64,000 nucleotides of DNA from Planctomycetota bacterium (GTDB taxonomy: Bacteria; Planctomycetota; SZUA-567; H5-PLA8): assembly GCA_045863855.1 (NCBI GenBank), contig BTVV01000015.1, positions 16,259-80,258 on the forward strand. The letters are read 5' to 3'. Of this stretch, positions 1 to 8,530 are shown piece after piece. The notes beneath the pieces are model-generated. The model made no database searches. It was not told the origin of the DNA and worked only from the letters and a program-made list of their open reading frames with translations. The position numbers and the translations under genes were made by a program. Every line of letters starts with the position of its first letter. The stretch's first letter is position 1.

Positions 1-251
1 TCGAGGGCCTCGGGATCCACGTCGAGCCCTAGGAGCGTGCCGCCCGGGGCCAGCGCGTCGAGCATGGCGGCGGAGTGTCCGCCGGCGCCGAGGGTGGCGT
101 CCACGGCCAGATCACCCGGCCGAAGTCTAAGCGCATCAAGGGTTTCGAGCGGTAATACGGAGACGTGCGGAAGGCCCGGAGACGGGTCGGCTTCTGGCGT
201 TGAGGATGCGTTGGACTCGGGCGGCTGCGGGGCGTCGGGGGGTGCGCCCAT
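1..251 (-). CDS. rsmH: 16S rRNA m4C1402 methyltransferase RsmH (5' part, truncated by window edge)
   Basis: Not in ORF track. Manual translation from ATG 251 gives ...HVSVLPLETLDALRLRPGDLAVDATLGAGGHSAAMLDALAPGGTLLGLDVDPEAL, the RsmH N-terminus; downstream of mraZ. Confidence 0.93.
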   Translation of the reverse strand, partial: MGAPPDAPQPPESNASSTPEADPSPGLPHVSVLPLETLDALRLRPGDLAVDATLGAGGHSAAMLDALAPGGTLLGLDVDPEAL

Positions 252-311
252 GAGCGAATCGCCGCGCGGAGGCCCGCGCGGCTCCTTCCTATATCCCTAT
301 TCCGACCAGAC

Positions 312-566
312 TTACAGGCCTGCGGCGGCGGCGTGGCGAGCCGGAAGCGCGCGGACGTTCGCGCGCGCATCGAGGCCCGAAACGCGCAGCAGGCTCTGCA
401 TGAACGGTGAAAGTTCAACGCCGCCAAAGGCTTGGCTAAGGCTGCGGACTTCGTCGCAGCGCCGCACCAAAGCTTCCACGTCGTCGTGTAACTCCTGTGG
501 CGCCGGAGCGTTAGCTCCTTTGCTCCGCAGGTGTTCGCTGACCCGATCGATGCTCGACTTGCCCAT
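312..566 (-). CDS. small hypothetical protein (84 aa)
   Basis: Strong RBS (GGAGGAGGGG) before the ATG; fits between mraZ and rsmH on the same strand. Confidence 0.6.
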   Translation of the reverse strand: MGKSSIDRVSEHLRSKGANAPAPQELHDDVEALVRRCDEVRSLSQAFGGVELSPFMQSLLRVSGLDARANVRALPARHAAAAGL

Positions 567-591
567 CTTCCCCTCCTCCGCGCGGTGGTAA

Positions 592-608
592 CGGGGGGCC
601 GCCCCCCG
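592..608. other. GC-rich hairpin just downstream of mraZ
   Basis: CGGGGGG-ccg-CCCCCCG inverted repeat; no clear U-tract. Confidence 0.4.
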
Positions 609-615
609 CGCTCTA

Positions 616-1137
616 TTAGAGATTCAAAAGCCCTGTAACTTTCATGGCCGTTTCAGCAATACGCGCGCTCTTTTTCTGATCGTAGTCGCGCCGCGCTTCG
701 GCCGGCCAGAGTTCGATGCGGTTAAACGCGCCGCAGAACGCCACCTCTTCGCGCATGCCGAGTTGGTCGACCCAGGCGGCGGGCAGGACGAAGCGTCCCT
801 GCTTGTCCGGCTCGATTGGCTCGGCCCCGCCGGAGAGGTGGGCGACCAGTTCGGCCTTCGTTGCCTCGTCCAAATCCTGACGTTGCCGGATGTTGTCGAT
901 GATCGTGTCCAACTGCGTCTGCGTGTAGAGGCGCAGGAAGCCTTCGTCGTTCCAGCGCATCAAGAGGAGCTGGCCTTCGTTGCTCTCTTCGAGCGTCTTC
1001 ATCAAGTTGCGCGGGATTGCGACCTGGTTGCGCCCGGAGACCTTATGGAAGGCCGTGCCGAAGAACGTGGCGCGCCGCGGAGCGGTGGGTCGTTCGTTCG
1101 GAGTAGTCGGCCCTAGTGTGGTCACGGTCGCTCGCAT
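616..1137 (-). CDS. mraZ: division/cell wall cluster transcriptional regulator MraZ
   Basis: FFGTAFHKV..RNQVAIP, DKQGRFVLP and GAFNRIELW (two SpoVT/AbrB repeats); upstream of rsmH. Start uncertain. Confidence 0.9.
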   Translation of the reverse strand: MRATVTTLGPTTPNERPTAPRRATFFGTAFHKVSGRNQVAIPRNLMKTLEESNEGQLLLMRWNDEGFLRLYTQTQLDTIIDNIRQRQDLDEATKAELVAHLSGGAEPIEPDKQGRFVLPAAWVDQLGMREEVAFCGAFNRIELWPAEARRDYDQKKSARIAETAMKVTGLLNL

Positions 1138-1501
1138 TCGCTCTATTTCGTGCTAAATCTCACTACTTGGGACGCCGGAAAGATACTCGGCACTACCGAG
1201 CGCGTCAAGGGGGGTATCTCGTTGGAATGTAAGGATTTCGAAGAGGGGTGCAGATGTGGGGCTTATTTTTCCCTACTTACGCAAGGGGTAGTGGGTCGGC
1301 GGCGCAGGAATTCGAAGATAGTTGGCTGGAGCTTTACCACCATCGACCGGTTGCACTGGTGCTCTTGAGGAAATTCTGCGCCGCGGGCGGTTCGGTGGCA
1401 CTAACGGATAGGCTTCGGCGGCCGCGGAAAAGCCTGCAAGAAGGAGCAGGCGGGCGAGGGCTGGCGCCGGAACATCCCGTACGCACGATTTATTCGTTCG
1501 A

Positions 1502-1972
1502 ATGCGGGCAGATGAGGCTTGCCTTGAGGACTTCGGAGCATACGCTGTGCGTATGTCGCATACGGCGCGCCGGAGCGGCATCGAGCCGGACACCGTGGGG
1601 GTTTCGCGCATGCTTTCCTTCGAACTTCCCAGACCGTCGGGGGCCGAGTGGGATCAACGCGTGTTGAGCGTGCAGCTCACGCCGGCGGGGGCGCCGTTCG
1701 AACTGGAAGTGGTGTTGCAGGGTTCGCTTGCCGCGATGCTGGGCGAGAAGCTCGATAAGCGCGCGGTGCTGCATGTCACGCATTTGACGCCGACCGGCCG
1801 GCGGGGCCGCTTGCGCGCTCAGGTGAGTTTCGAGCGGCTCGAACTGACCGACGAGCCGGATCGAGCGGAGTCGTTGACGCTGATCGTGGATATGGATGCT
1901 CGGAATCTGGACGAGATCCTGCGCTGGCAGGAGAGCGCTCGGATGACGATTACGCGCAGTTTGCGCGCGTAA
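1502..1972 (+). CDS. hypothetical protein
   Basis: 156-aa ORF with protein-like composition, divergent from mraZ; no motif recognised. Confidence 0.55.
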   Translation: MRADEACLEDFGAYAVRMSHTARRSGIEPDTVGVSRMLSFELPRPSGAEWDQRVLSVQLTPAGAPFELEVVLQGSLAAMLGEKLDKRAVLHVTHLTPTGRRGRLRAQVSFERLELTDEPDRAESLTLIVDMDARNLDEILRWQESARMTITRSLRA

Positions 1973-2510
1973 TTTTCCGGCAAGGTTCGTAACTTTCCCC
2001 GTTCTGTTTTCGCACTCGTGCGCCTCTTTTTCGAACGAGCTTTAAGGACTTATGAGCGCGAAAGCGCGGTCTATACCACCTCGCGCACGTCGAGCAAAAA
2101 TTCGATTCTGCTATAAAACTGCCATAAATCGCTGCTGCAAAGCGTATATTTGCACGCAGGTGCTTAGTGTCCGGGCGGCTATGCGCGAGGGGCTGAACGG
2201 GTGCGGGTGGGTTAAAAATTGGAAATTCAAAATTCAAAATTTCGGGCGATTGGCAACATTCCGAAAATAAAGAGGCCGGCGCGTGGCGGCGGAATCGGCG
2301 TGGCTTTCCGTGGCCTTTGGCGTTCGATGGGCAGGGCGGTAAAGAGCAAAGAGTAAAAAGTAAACGTTATGCGTGACGCGCGATAGGCGGGGCGCCGGAC
2401 GGGTTGGGGTACGGGAGACGGTTGACAGGCTCGGTAAAAGGAATAACAACTTGGCGGAGTGGGATTGCAGGGGCGGTAGTGGGCGTGGTTGGCCGGGTAG
2501 CCGGCAGGAA

Positions 2511-2585
2511 TCTGTTTAATGGATGCTGTGGCGGTGGGCGATAGGTCTGAGGTTTGAGCGCGTGCGGATGGTTGGGCGCGGAGCA
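2511..2585 (+). repeat. array repeat copy 1 (module A, truncated)
   Basis: tctgtttaatggatgctgtggcggtgggcgataggtctgaggtttgagcgcgtgcggatggttgggcgcggagca aligns with copies at 6755, 7650, 8531 and 9342. Confidence 0.85.
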
Positions 2586-2674
2586 AGCACGCGGAAATTT
2601 CCCCATGGTACCTTTGTTTCTCGGCTACTTGGCCAGCAAAGGGGAATACACTCGCCGTTGTGGAGATCGTTGTA

Positions 2675-3880
2675 ATGAGAGTACCGGTTAAACCTGAACT
2701 CCTTCGCTGGGCCTGCGCGCGCGCGGGCAAGCCGGAGTCGGCGTTAGCCGAAAAATTTGCTGGCTACGAGGGCTGGTTGGCCGGCAGGAAGCACCCCACG
2801 CTTAAGCAACTCGAAGAGTTCGCACGAGCAACCCGCACGCCCTTCGGTTTCTTTTTCCTACAGGAACCACCGGTCGAGACGATCCCGATACCCGACTTCC
2901 GCACCGTCGGGAGCGAGCGCCTCCAGCACCCTTCGCCCGACTTGCTGGACACCATCTTTCTCTGCCAGCAGCGCCAAGATTGGTATCGCCAAAACGCTTT
3001 GATGCTGGGCGATCCGGCGCTGGACTTCATCGGCTCCGCCACCGTGCGGAGCGATGTCGTCGCTACCGCCGCGCGCATCCGCCGGACCGTCGGGTTCGAC
3101 CTCGACGCCCGAGTCAAAGCGTCCACCTTCCTCGACGCACTCCGCATGACGATCGACGCGGCCGACGAAGCGGGCATACTCGTCATGGTCAGCGGCATCG
3201 TGGGGCACAACTCTCATCGACCGCTCGACACCGCCGAGTTCCGTGGCTTCGCCCTCTGCGACGCCTCTCCCCATTTCGCCCCGCTCGTATTTATCAACGG
3301 CGCCGACACCAAGTCCGGCCAGATGTTCACGCTCGCCCACGAACTGGCTCACCTGTGGCTCGGCGAGTCTGGCGTCTCGGATGTCACCCCCGCCTCGTCC
3401 CTTCCGCAGCGGACTGAGGGCGGAGCCGGCATCGAGCGCTGGTGCAACGCCGTCGCGGCGGAGATGCTCGTTCCCCTCGAGGGCTTCCAACAGGCCTACC
3501 GCCGCCGTGCCGATTTGCGGCCGGAGATGCAGCGCCTCAGCCGGCAATACAAGGTCAGCACGCTGGTCATCCTCCGCAGAATGTTCGACGCCGGCGGCCT
3601 AACCCGCGATGTTTTTCAGGTAGCGTTTGACGCCGAACTCCAGCGCCTCAAATCCGAACTCGCCCGGCGCAAGGCCAAGGGCGGCGGTGGAGACTACTAC
3701 GCGACGACCTCCGTCCGCGTTAGCGAGCGCTTTGCCAAGGCCGTGCTCGCCAGCACCTGGGAGGGTCGCTCCAGCTTCACCGAGGCGTTCCGCCTGCTCG
3801 GCTGCCGCAACGTCAAGACCCTCGAATCCCTCGGCGATCGCCTCGGCATGGCCGCCTACCTTAGTGGTGGGGCCGTCTAA
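2675..3880 (+). CDS. XRE-HTH + ImmA/IrrE family Zn-metallopeptidase
   Basis: N-terminal HTH (LLRWACARAG...PTLKQLEEFA), PIPDFRT, FTLAHELAH (HExxH), ERWCNAVAAEMLVP. Confidence 0.9.
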   Translation: MRVPVKPELLRWACARAGKPESALAEKFAGYEGWLAGRKHPTLKQLEEFARATRTPFGFFFLQEPPVETIPIPDFRTVGSERLQHPSPDLLDTIFLCQQRQDWYRQNALMLGDPALDFIGSATVRSDVVATAARIRRTVGFDLDARVKASTFLDALRMTIDAADEAGILVMVSGIVGHNSHRPLDTAEFRGFALCDASPHFAPLVFINGADTKSGQMFTLAHELAHLWLGESGVSDVTPASSLPQRTEGGAGIERWCNAVAAEMLVPLEGFQQAYRRRADLRPEMQRLSRQYKVSTLVILRRMFDAGGLTRDVFQVAFDAELQRLKSELARRKAKGGGGDYYATTSVRVSERFAKAVLASTWEGRSSFTEAFRLLGCRNVKTLESLGDRLGMAAYLSGGAV

Positions 3881-4383
3881 TGGCCTACCTCCTCGACACC
3901 GGAGTATTCATTGAGGCCAAGCGCCGATTCTACGGTCTGGATTTTGTTCCCGGCTACTGGGACTGGCTCATGCGTGAGGCTAAGTCGGGCACGATCCGCT
4001 CCATCGAAAAGGTCGCCGACGAAATCGGCGCACAGCAGGACGAACTGAGCGCTTGGGCCGCGGCGTTACCGAGTGGATTCTTCCTGCGCCCCGACGCCAC
4101 CTTCAGTACTGCGTTCCAGCAGGTGAGCCAGTGGGCGCTCACCTCAGGTTTCCAACCCGCAGCGTACAACGAGTTCCTTGGAGTAGCCGATTCGTTCCTG
4201 GTCGCACAGGCTCTAGCTGGCCATCACACCGTAGTGACCCTGGAGAAGCCCGCCACGACGCCCAGCAAACGGAAGATCAAAGTCCCTGACGCGTGCGCCG
4301 GCGTCAGCGTCAAATGCATGACGCCTTACGAGGTGATGCGACTGCGGGGCGTACGGTTGGTGCTTGCGGGAGTCGCGACCTAG
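3880..4383 (+). CDS. DUF4411-like PIN-domain protein
   Basis: YLLDTGVFIEA, ADSFLVAQA, VVTLE, KIKVPDAC; TAATG stop/start overlap with the ImmA/IrrE gene. Confidence 0.88.
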   Translation: MAYLLDTGVFIEAKRRFYGLDFVPGYWDWLMREAKSGTIRSIEKVADEIGAQQDELSAWAAALPSGFFLRPDATFSTAFQQVSQWALTSGFQPAAYNEFLGVADSFLVAQALAGHHTVVTLEKPATTPSKRKIKVPDACAGVSVKCMTPYEVMRLRGVRLVLAGVAT

Positions 4384-4568
4384 CGAGAGGACAGTAGAGA
4401 AGTGTTGCGAGTAATCTGGAGCAATCGGCGGGTGGCCACCCGGCAATTGATTTTTGGGCGCTATGGAGCAAAGGCTGTTTTCTTACTCCATGCCGAACCG
4501 CCTGCTAAGCGTAGGGATGCTGGCCCTGGAAGCGACGGTGGCCGTTTTCGGAACCGGCTGAGACCGTG

Positions 4569-5021
4569 ATGACTAAACCGGATTACGACGATCCTGAAGT
4601 TGAGGCGCGCTGGTGCGATGCGCAGCGGAAGGCGGTCGCCGATTACCTGCGTTCTCAGAAACTCAAGCACGGTCGAATCGGGGATGGGCCGGCATGGCAC
4701 GTAGCTCCGCATGTGTCGATCTGGGCCGTGGAGAGCCTGAGCCGGCCCGAATGGATCGGCTGGTGGGCCATCTGTGGCGATCTGCCGACGGATTACCTTT
4801 CTGCAGCCGACGTGGAACCGCCGCAGCATCCCAGGAAAGCCTTGCGCATTTTCGCCGAGAACTGGCTTGGCATTGTGCAGGCCTGGAGGGAAGGGCGAGA
4901 AATCGAGCATACTCGCATCGGCGATCTGAGTTCCCGGAACGAATTAGGACCGTTGCTTGAATCGCGGGCCCGGATGTTAATGACGTGGGCTCAAGACGAT
5001 GCGCTGTGGGAAGAAGCGTGA
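4569..5021 (+). CDS. DUF4826-like protein
   Basis: PAWHVAPHVSIWAVES...IGWWAICGDLPTDY and C-terminal W..DDALWE, recognised from memory of the family. Confidence 0.75.
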   Translation: MTKPDYDDPEVEARWCDAQRKAVADYLRSQKLKHGRIGDGPAWHVAPHVSIWAVESLSRPEWIGWWAICGDLPTDYLSAADVEPPQHPRKALRIFAENWLGIVQAWREGREIEHTRIGDLSSRNELGPLLESRARMLMTWAQDDALWEEA

Positions 5022-5104
5022 CGGTTTATTTGTTGCCGTGGGGGTGGGTTGAGTGCGTGCGGTCGGCTGGGCACGGAGCAGCGCCCACGGCGCTTGCGCC
5101 GGGG
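5022..5104 (+). repeat. array repeat copy 2 (module A with internal deletion)
   Basis: ttgagtgcgtgcggtcggctgggcacggagcagcgcccacggcgcttgcgccgggg; its 3' half matches the 7650 copy. Confidence 0.85.
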
Positions 5105-5144
5105 TCGCCGCTACTGGCCTGGAAGATAGGAAGCTGCATTTCCC

Positions 5145-5402
5145 ATGAGCCCGACCAGTCCACAGAGATTCCCACGATGGAGGCGTATGCTGTTCTTCGG
5201 CGCCGTACTTTTAGGTTTGCCTGTCACCGGCTGGGCGATTGGGGAGCGCAGCTACCTGCTGGCGGTTTTTGCCGGCCTCGCTTCCGTTTTGGCTGTTGCG
5301 TCCAGTATTTCGTCCAAGCGTTGTCCGAATTGTCGGGAGCGATTATTCACCATTAGTTATCCCGCGTCCCATTGTCCGAAGTGCGGAACCTCATATACAT
5401 GA
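5145..5402 (+). CDS. small membrane protein with C-terminal Zn-ribbon
   Basis: Two hydrophobic helices, then CPNC...CPKC. Confidence 0.7.
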   Translation: MSPTSPQRFPRWRRMLFFGAVLLGLPVTGWAIGERSYLLAVFAGLASVLAVASSISSKRCPNCRERLFTISYPASHCPKCGTSYT

Positions 5403-5469
5403 ATTCGAGTAGTCGTTCAGGACTTGCTTTTGAGGGGTGGCCTAATTCAAGCGAGGCGGTTCGACGCGT

Positions 5470-5790
5470 ATGATACTTCCATTGTTCCTGTGCCTTGGGT
5501 TCGCGTGGACCGTGAGCGACGGGCTGCACGATTCGGATGGCGCGCTTGCCGTTTACGCTCCTGCCGAATTGCCCGCACGGACGGTTGAGTCCTTTCGATT
5601 TATCGGCGCGGCCACCACGCTTAGGGAAGTGACCGCCCGACTTGGCGCGCCGGATCAGGATAGGGGCAGCGGACTCTTTGTTTCTGTCTATCGGCTGGCG
5701 GACGGCAGCGAAGTGCTGATCGGTTCAGCCGATGGCGCGCAGGTGCTTTACGTGAGGCATGGTCGGGCTGTTTTGTTTGAGCGGCGATGA
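5470..5790 (+). CDS. small secreted hypothetical protein
   Basis: Hydrophobic N-terminus; TLREVTARLGAPD...GSG motif reminiscent of BamE/BLIP-like folds. Confidence 0.6.
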   Translation: MILPLFLCLGFAWTVSDGLHDSDGALAVYAPAELPARTVESFRFIGAATTLREVTARLGAPDQDRGSGLFVSVYRLADGSEVLIGSADGAQVLYVRHGRAVLFERR

Positions 5791-5805
5791 GACCGTGGTT
5801 TCGCC

Positions 5806-5905
5806 ATGCGGGGGACGGGACGGGCGTGAGAGATGGGGCGCGGCTTTCATGGGGTTGTAAACGCCTGCGGCGCCCCCATCACGGGGTGATGGGGGGCACC
5901 CGGGA
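5806..5905 (+). repeat. array repeat copy 3 (module B only)
   Basis: gagagatggggcgcggctttcatggggttgtaaacgcctgcggcgcccccatcacggggtgatggggggcacccggg at 5828-5904, near-identical to 6894-6969 and 8663-8739. Confidence 0.92.
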
Positions 5906-5948
5906 GCCAAACGCAAGATCACGGCCACCCGCCCTTTGGGAGCGTCCT

Positions 5949-6692
5949 ATGCGTCGAATGATGCACTTCAAGGCAATTACTTGGGTAATTCACTTCCTAA
6001 TGTGTGGGTCGATTTGCGCTGGCGAAGAATCGCCGGTCCATTTCGTTGATCCTGTGCTTTTAGAAGCTTTCAAATCCAAAGTGACCAACGAAAAGGAAAC
6101 AGGGAAGGTCGTCGGAAATATTCATGGACTGCATTATTTATTAGATTTAGAGATTGCCAATAGACTTAATGCGCTTGACCCAGGTGACGGCGATCATGCC
6201 ACGGAATTGTCTCTAGTTTTGGGGCTATGCAGTGAAAAGATTGGGACGCACACCGCAAAGGCGATGATTCGCCATATCAGGCATGTCATGGTGGTTACTA
6301 CCACATACCCCGCATCCAGCAGAGGACTGCCGGAGGCGTTGAGGCCTGCCTTTGACTTATTGGTGAAGCATGCATCGCCCGATCTTGTTTGCTTTTCTAT
6401 CCTTGATTTCATTCATGAAAAGGACGGGCGGGCTATGTTAGATGATACGGAGATGTCCATCGTTCTTGGCAGATTGTGGATGAGAGTAAGCGTGCCCAAC
6501 ATGCCGCCTTGGTTTCCGAAAGAAGAAGTTAACTCGGATGAGATTCGAAAGCAGTCGCTCGAATTACTCCAAAAACGAAAAGTGTACTATGAATCAAAGG
6601 GAAAGGACGAAGCGGAGAATTTAAGGCGCATCACAAAGCTGATTGAAGTCGTATTAAGAACGCCGGTAACGGTCATGGATCTTAAGGAGTGA
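5949..6692 (+). CDS. secreted hypothetical protein, AT-richer than host
   Basis: Signal-peptide-like start (..VIHFLMCGSICA-GEE). ORF track start 5787 runs into the repeat, so 5949/5958 is preferred. Confidence 0.75.
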   Translation: MRRMMHFKAITWVIHFLMCGSICAGEESPVHFVDPVLLEAFKSKVTNEKETGKVVGNIHGLHYLLDLEIANRLNALDPGDGDHATELSLVLGLCSEKIGTHTAKAMIRHIRHVMVVTTTYPASSRGLPEALRPAFDLLVKHASPDLVCFSILDFIHEKDGRAMLDDTEMSIVLGRLWMRVSVPNMPPWFPKEEVNSDEIRKQSLELLQKRKVYYESKGKDEAENLRRITKLIEVVLRTPVTVMDLKE

Positions 6693-6754
6693 CGAGTGGT
6701 GGGTGGCAGTGCGGTTTGCGGTTTACTCGCATAGACGGGAAGCCAGTGGGAACC

Positions 6755-7000
6755 CTTTTTAGGGCTACCGTTGCGGTGGGCGATAGGTTGAAAGTTTGAG
6801 CGCGTGCGGATGGTTGGGCACGGAGCAGCGCCCACGGCGGTTGGTCCGCGGCACCCGGCACTCGGCTGGTGCGGTGGAGTGCGATTCGGGCGGGAGAGAT
6901 GGGGCGCGGCTTTCATGGGGTTGTAAACGCCTGCGGTGCCCCCATCACGGGGTGATGGGGGCACCCGGGAGGTTTGAGCGGGTGCGGGCGTGGCACCCGG
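6755..7000 (+). repeat. array repeat copy 4 (full A+B plus a short A-like tail)
   Basis: Module A, linker, module B with a perfect 14-bp stem (6935-6965), then ggtttgagcgggtgcgggcgtggcacccgg. Confidence 0.92.
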
Positions 7001-7189
7001 TTCTGTCCACGCACCCGACTGAGAAGCGTAACCCGGGGGAATGAATGAGTGTCTGGTCAAAAACGTTCCCCATCGCCATCCATGCTAGGCGTCCTGAAGT
7101 ATTTCCCCGTGTTTGCGGTTGTTTTGATTGCAATGGGCCGCTGCGATCCAGAGACCGGAACCACAAAGTCAAAATCACGGGAGGTCACT

Positions 7190-7627
7190 ATGGATAGTAC
7201 TTATATTCACCCCAAACTTGGCGAACTTTATCCAGAAGATGTCGATTGGCAGACCGACAAGGCTACGGTCCCCTTTAGTAATACACCCATCGAGGTTTGC
7301 TTCGCCAATGGCTCCAAGGACGGACCTTGGCCGGCCGCATTAACAGGTTACGATTGGATTGAATCACACTGGAGTGAAGTGCTCGGATTAATTCAAGATC
7401 AAGCGTTTGATTTCTATAGTCCCTATGCAGACGCTGTCGCTGGCGTACCGGTATTCGCCTCTCCAGAAAAGCTTTGGGGTACCGAGGAGTTACTTTGCGT
7501 AAGAGTGTCTACCAAGGACGATTTCGAGGTAACCCTACGATTTAAATGGCAGGAAAAAGAGGATCCTCATGTGATTACCTTCTACGTCGAAAAGGGGCGA
7601 TGCGAAACACACTCGGTTGATGGATGA
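7190..7627 (+). CDS. hypothetical protein, putative immunity-like (DUF6985/DUF2004-like)
   Basis: GGAGG RBS at 7180-7184; acidic, with C-terminal F.W...DPH.ITFYV.G. Family call tentative; upstream starts (7049/7082) possible. Confidence 0.6.
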   Translation: MDSTYIHPKLGELYPEDVDWQTDKATVPFSNTPIEVCFANGSKDGPWPAALTGYDWIESHWSEVLGLIQDQAFDFYSPYADAVAGVPVFASPEKLWGTEELLCVRVSTKDDFEVTLRFKWQEKEDPHVITFYVEKGRCETHSVDG

Positions 7628-7649
7628 AGATGAGCAGGTTGGTTGAGAC

Positions 7650-7747
7650 CTGTTTAATGAATGGCTAGGCGGTGGATGGTTGGGCGGTGGCTTGAACGCG
7701 TGCGGACGGTTGGGCACGGAGCAGCGCCCACGGCGCTTGCGCCGGGG
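7650..7747 (+). repeat. array repeat copy 5 (module A)
   Basis: ctgtttaatgaatgg...ttgaacgcgtgcggacggttgggcacggagcagcgcccacggcgcttgcgccgggg. Confidence 0.88.
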
Positions 7748-7815
7748 CAATGTGAAAATCGGCCATCCGCTCGAACGCTATATCGAGGCTCGTGCGAGGA
7801 GGTGAAGGGCGCGCC

Positions 7816-8487
7816 ATGTTCAATCGCATCAGGCAGTTCTTCGGCGGTTCTAAAAAGGAGCCGCCGCCGACGAATGAGGAATTCGCCCAGCAGGCGGAGG
7901 CTTGGTACGAGCGGAAGTCGAAGCTCATGGAGGAGATTCTCGGGCGCGAGCACGGGATGGTGATGCACGCGATCATCCCGTATGCGGTGGGCGGGGCGCT
8001 GGACCTTTACTACTATCCGCACGGGGTTCCCGGGACGGGGATCGCGACGAAGGAACTCTCGGAGCTGCCCGGCCAGGGTTCGTCGAACCGCGTCTTTTCG
8101 TGCTACGAACTCGCGATGTTCACGCGCCACGCGTTGAACCTGGATGAAGCCAAGGATGCGTCGACTCCCTTTGGCCGCGCGCACGGAACCATCAATTCGA
8201 TATTAAATATGATCGCTCGGTACAGCGCCACGGCGTCGTTGAACCCGAACGAGACGTGCGAGTTTCCGGCCGAGATGGAGCGCGTGGGCGGGAAGTGCCT
8301 GATCTTCGACGCGTACGGCGTTCCGAGGCCCGAGCCGAAACGCGCCTTTGGCGTGCTGGCTGTGATCGAAGTTTACCGTTCGGAGATGGCGTTTGCGCGC
8401 ACGGAAGGTGGCGCGGCGCTGCTCCAGCGGCTGAAGGACGCCGGGCACTATCCGTACTCGGATTTGGACCGGGAGCCGGTGGCGTGA
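7816..8487 (+). CDS. Suppressor-of-fused (SuFu)-like domain protein
   Basis: GGALDLYYY...IATKELSE...YELAMFT and C-terminal IEVYRSEMAFARTEGGAALLQRLKDAGHYPYSDLDREPV; GAGGAGG RBS. Confidence 0.78.
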   Translation: MFNRIRQFFGGSKKEPPPTNEEFAQQAEAWYERKSKLMEEILGREHGMVMHAIIPYAVGGALDLYYYPHGVPGTGIATKELSELPGQGSSNRVFSCYELAMFTRHALNLDEAKDASTPFGRAHGTINSILNMIARYSATASLNPNETCEFPAEMERVGGKCLIFDAYGVPRPEPKRAFGVLAVIEVYRSEMAFARTEGGAALLQRLKDAGHYPYSDLDREPVA

Positions 8488-8530
8488 GGCCGCGTGGAAG
8501 GGGTAGGGTGGGCGGTGGGCGGTGGGCGTT

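Noticed and set aside
1360..1480. RNase P RNA upstream of mraZ (GAGGAAAT..)
   Set aside because: No GAGGAAAGTCC and no 3' ACAGAA..CGGCTTA signature on either strand.
1973..2270. Replication origin or dif site in the AT-rich stretch
   Set aside because: No DnaA-box cluster or recognisable XerC/D arms.
6797..6835. Group II intron domain V resemblance (GAGC..GTGC...GCACG)
   Set aside because: Lacks the GNRA loop, the catalytic bulge pairing and domain VI; no reverse transcriptase.
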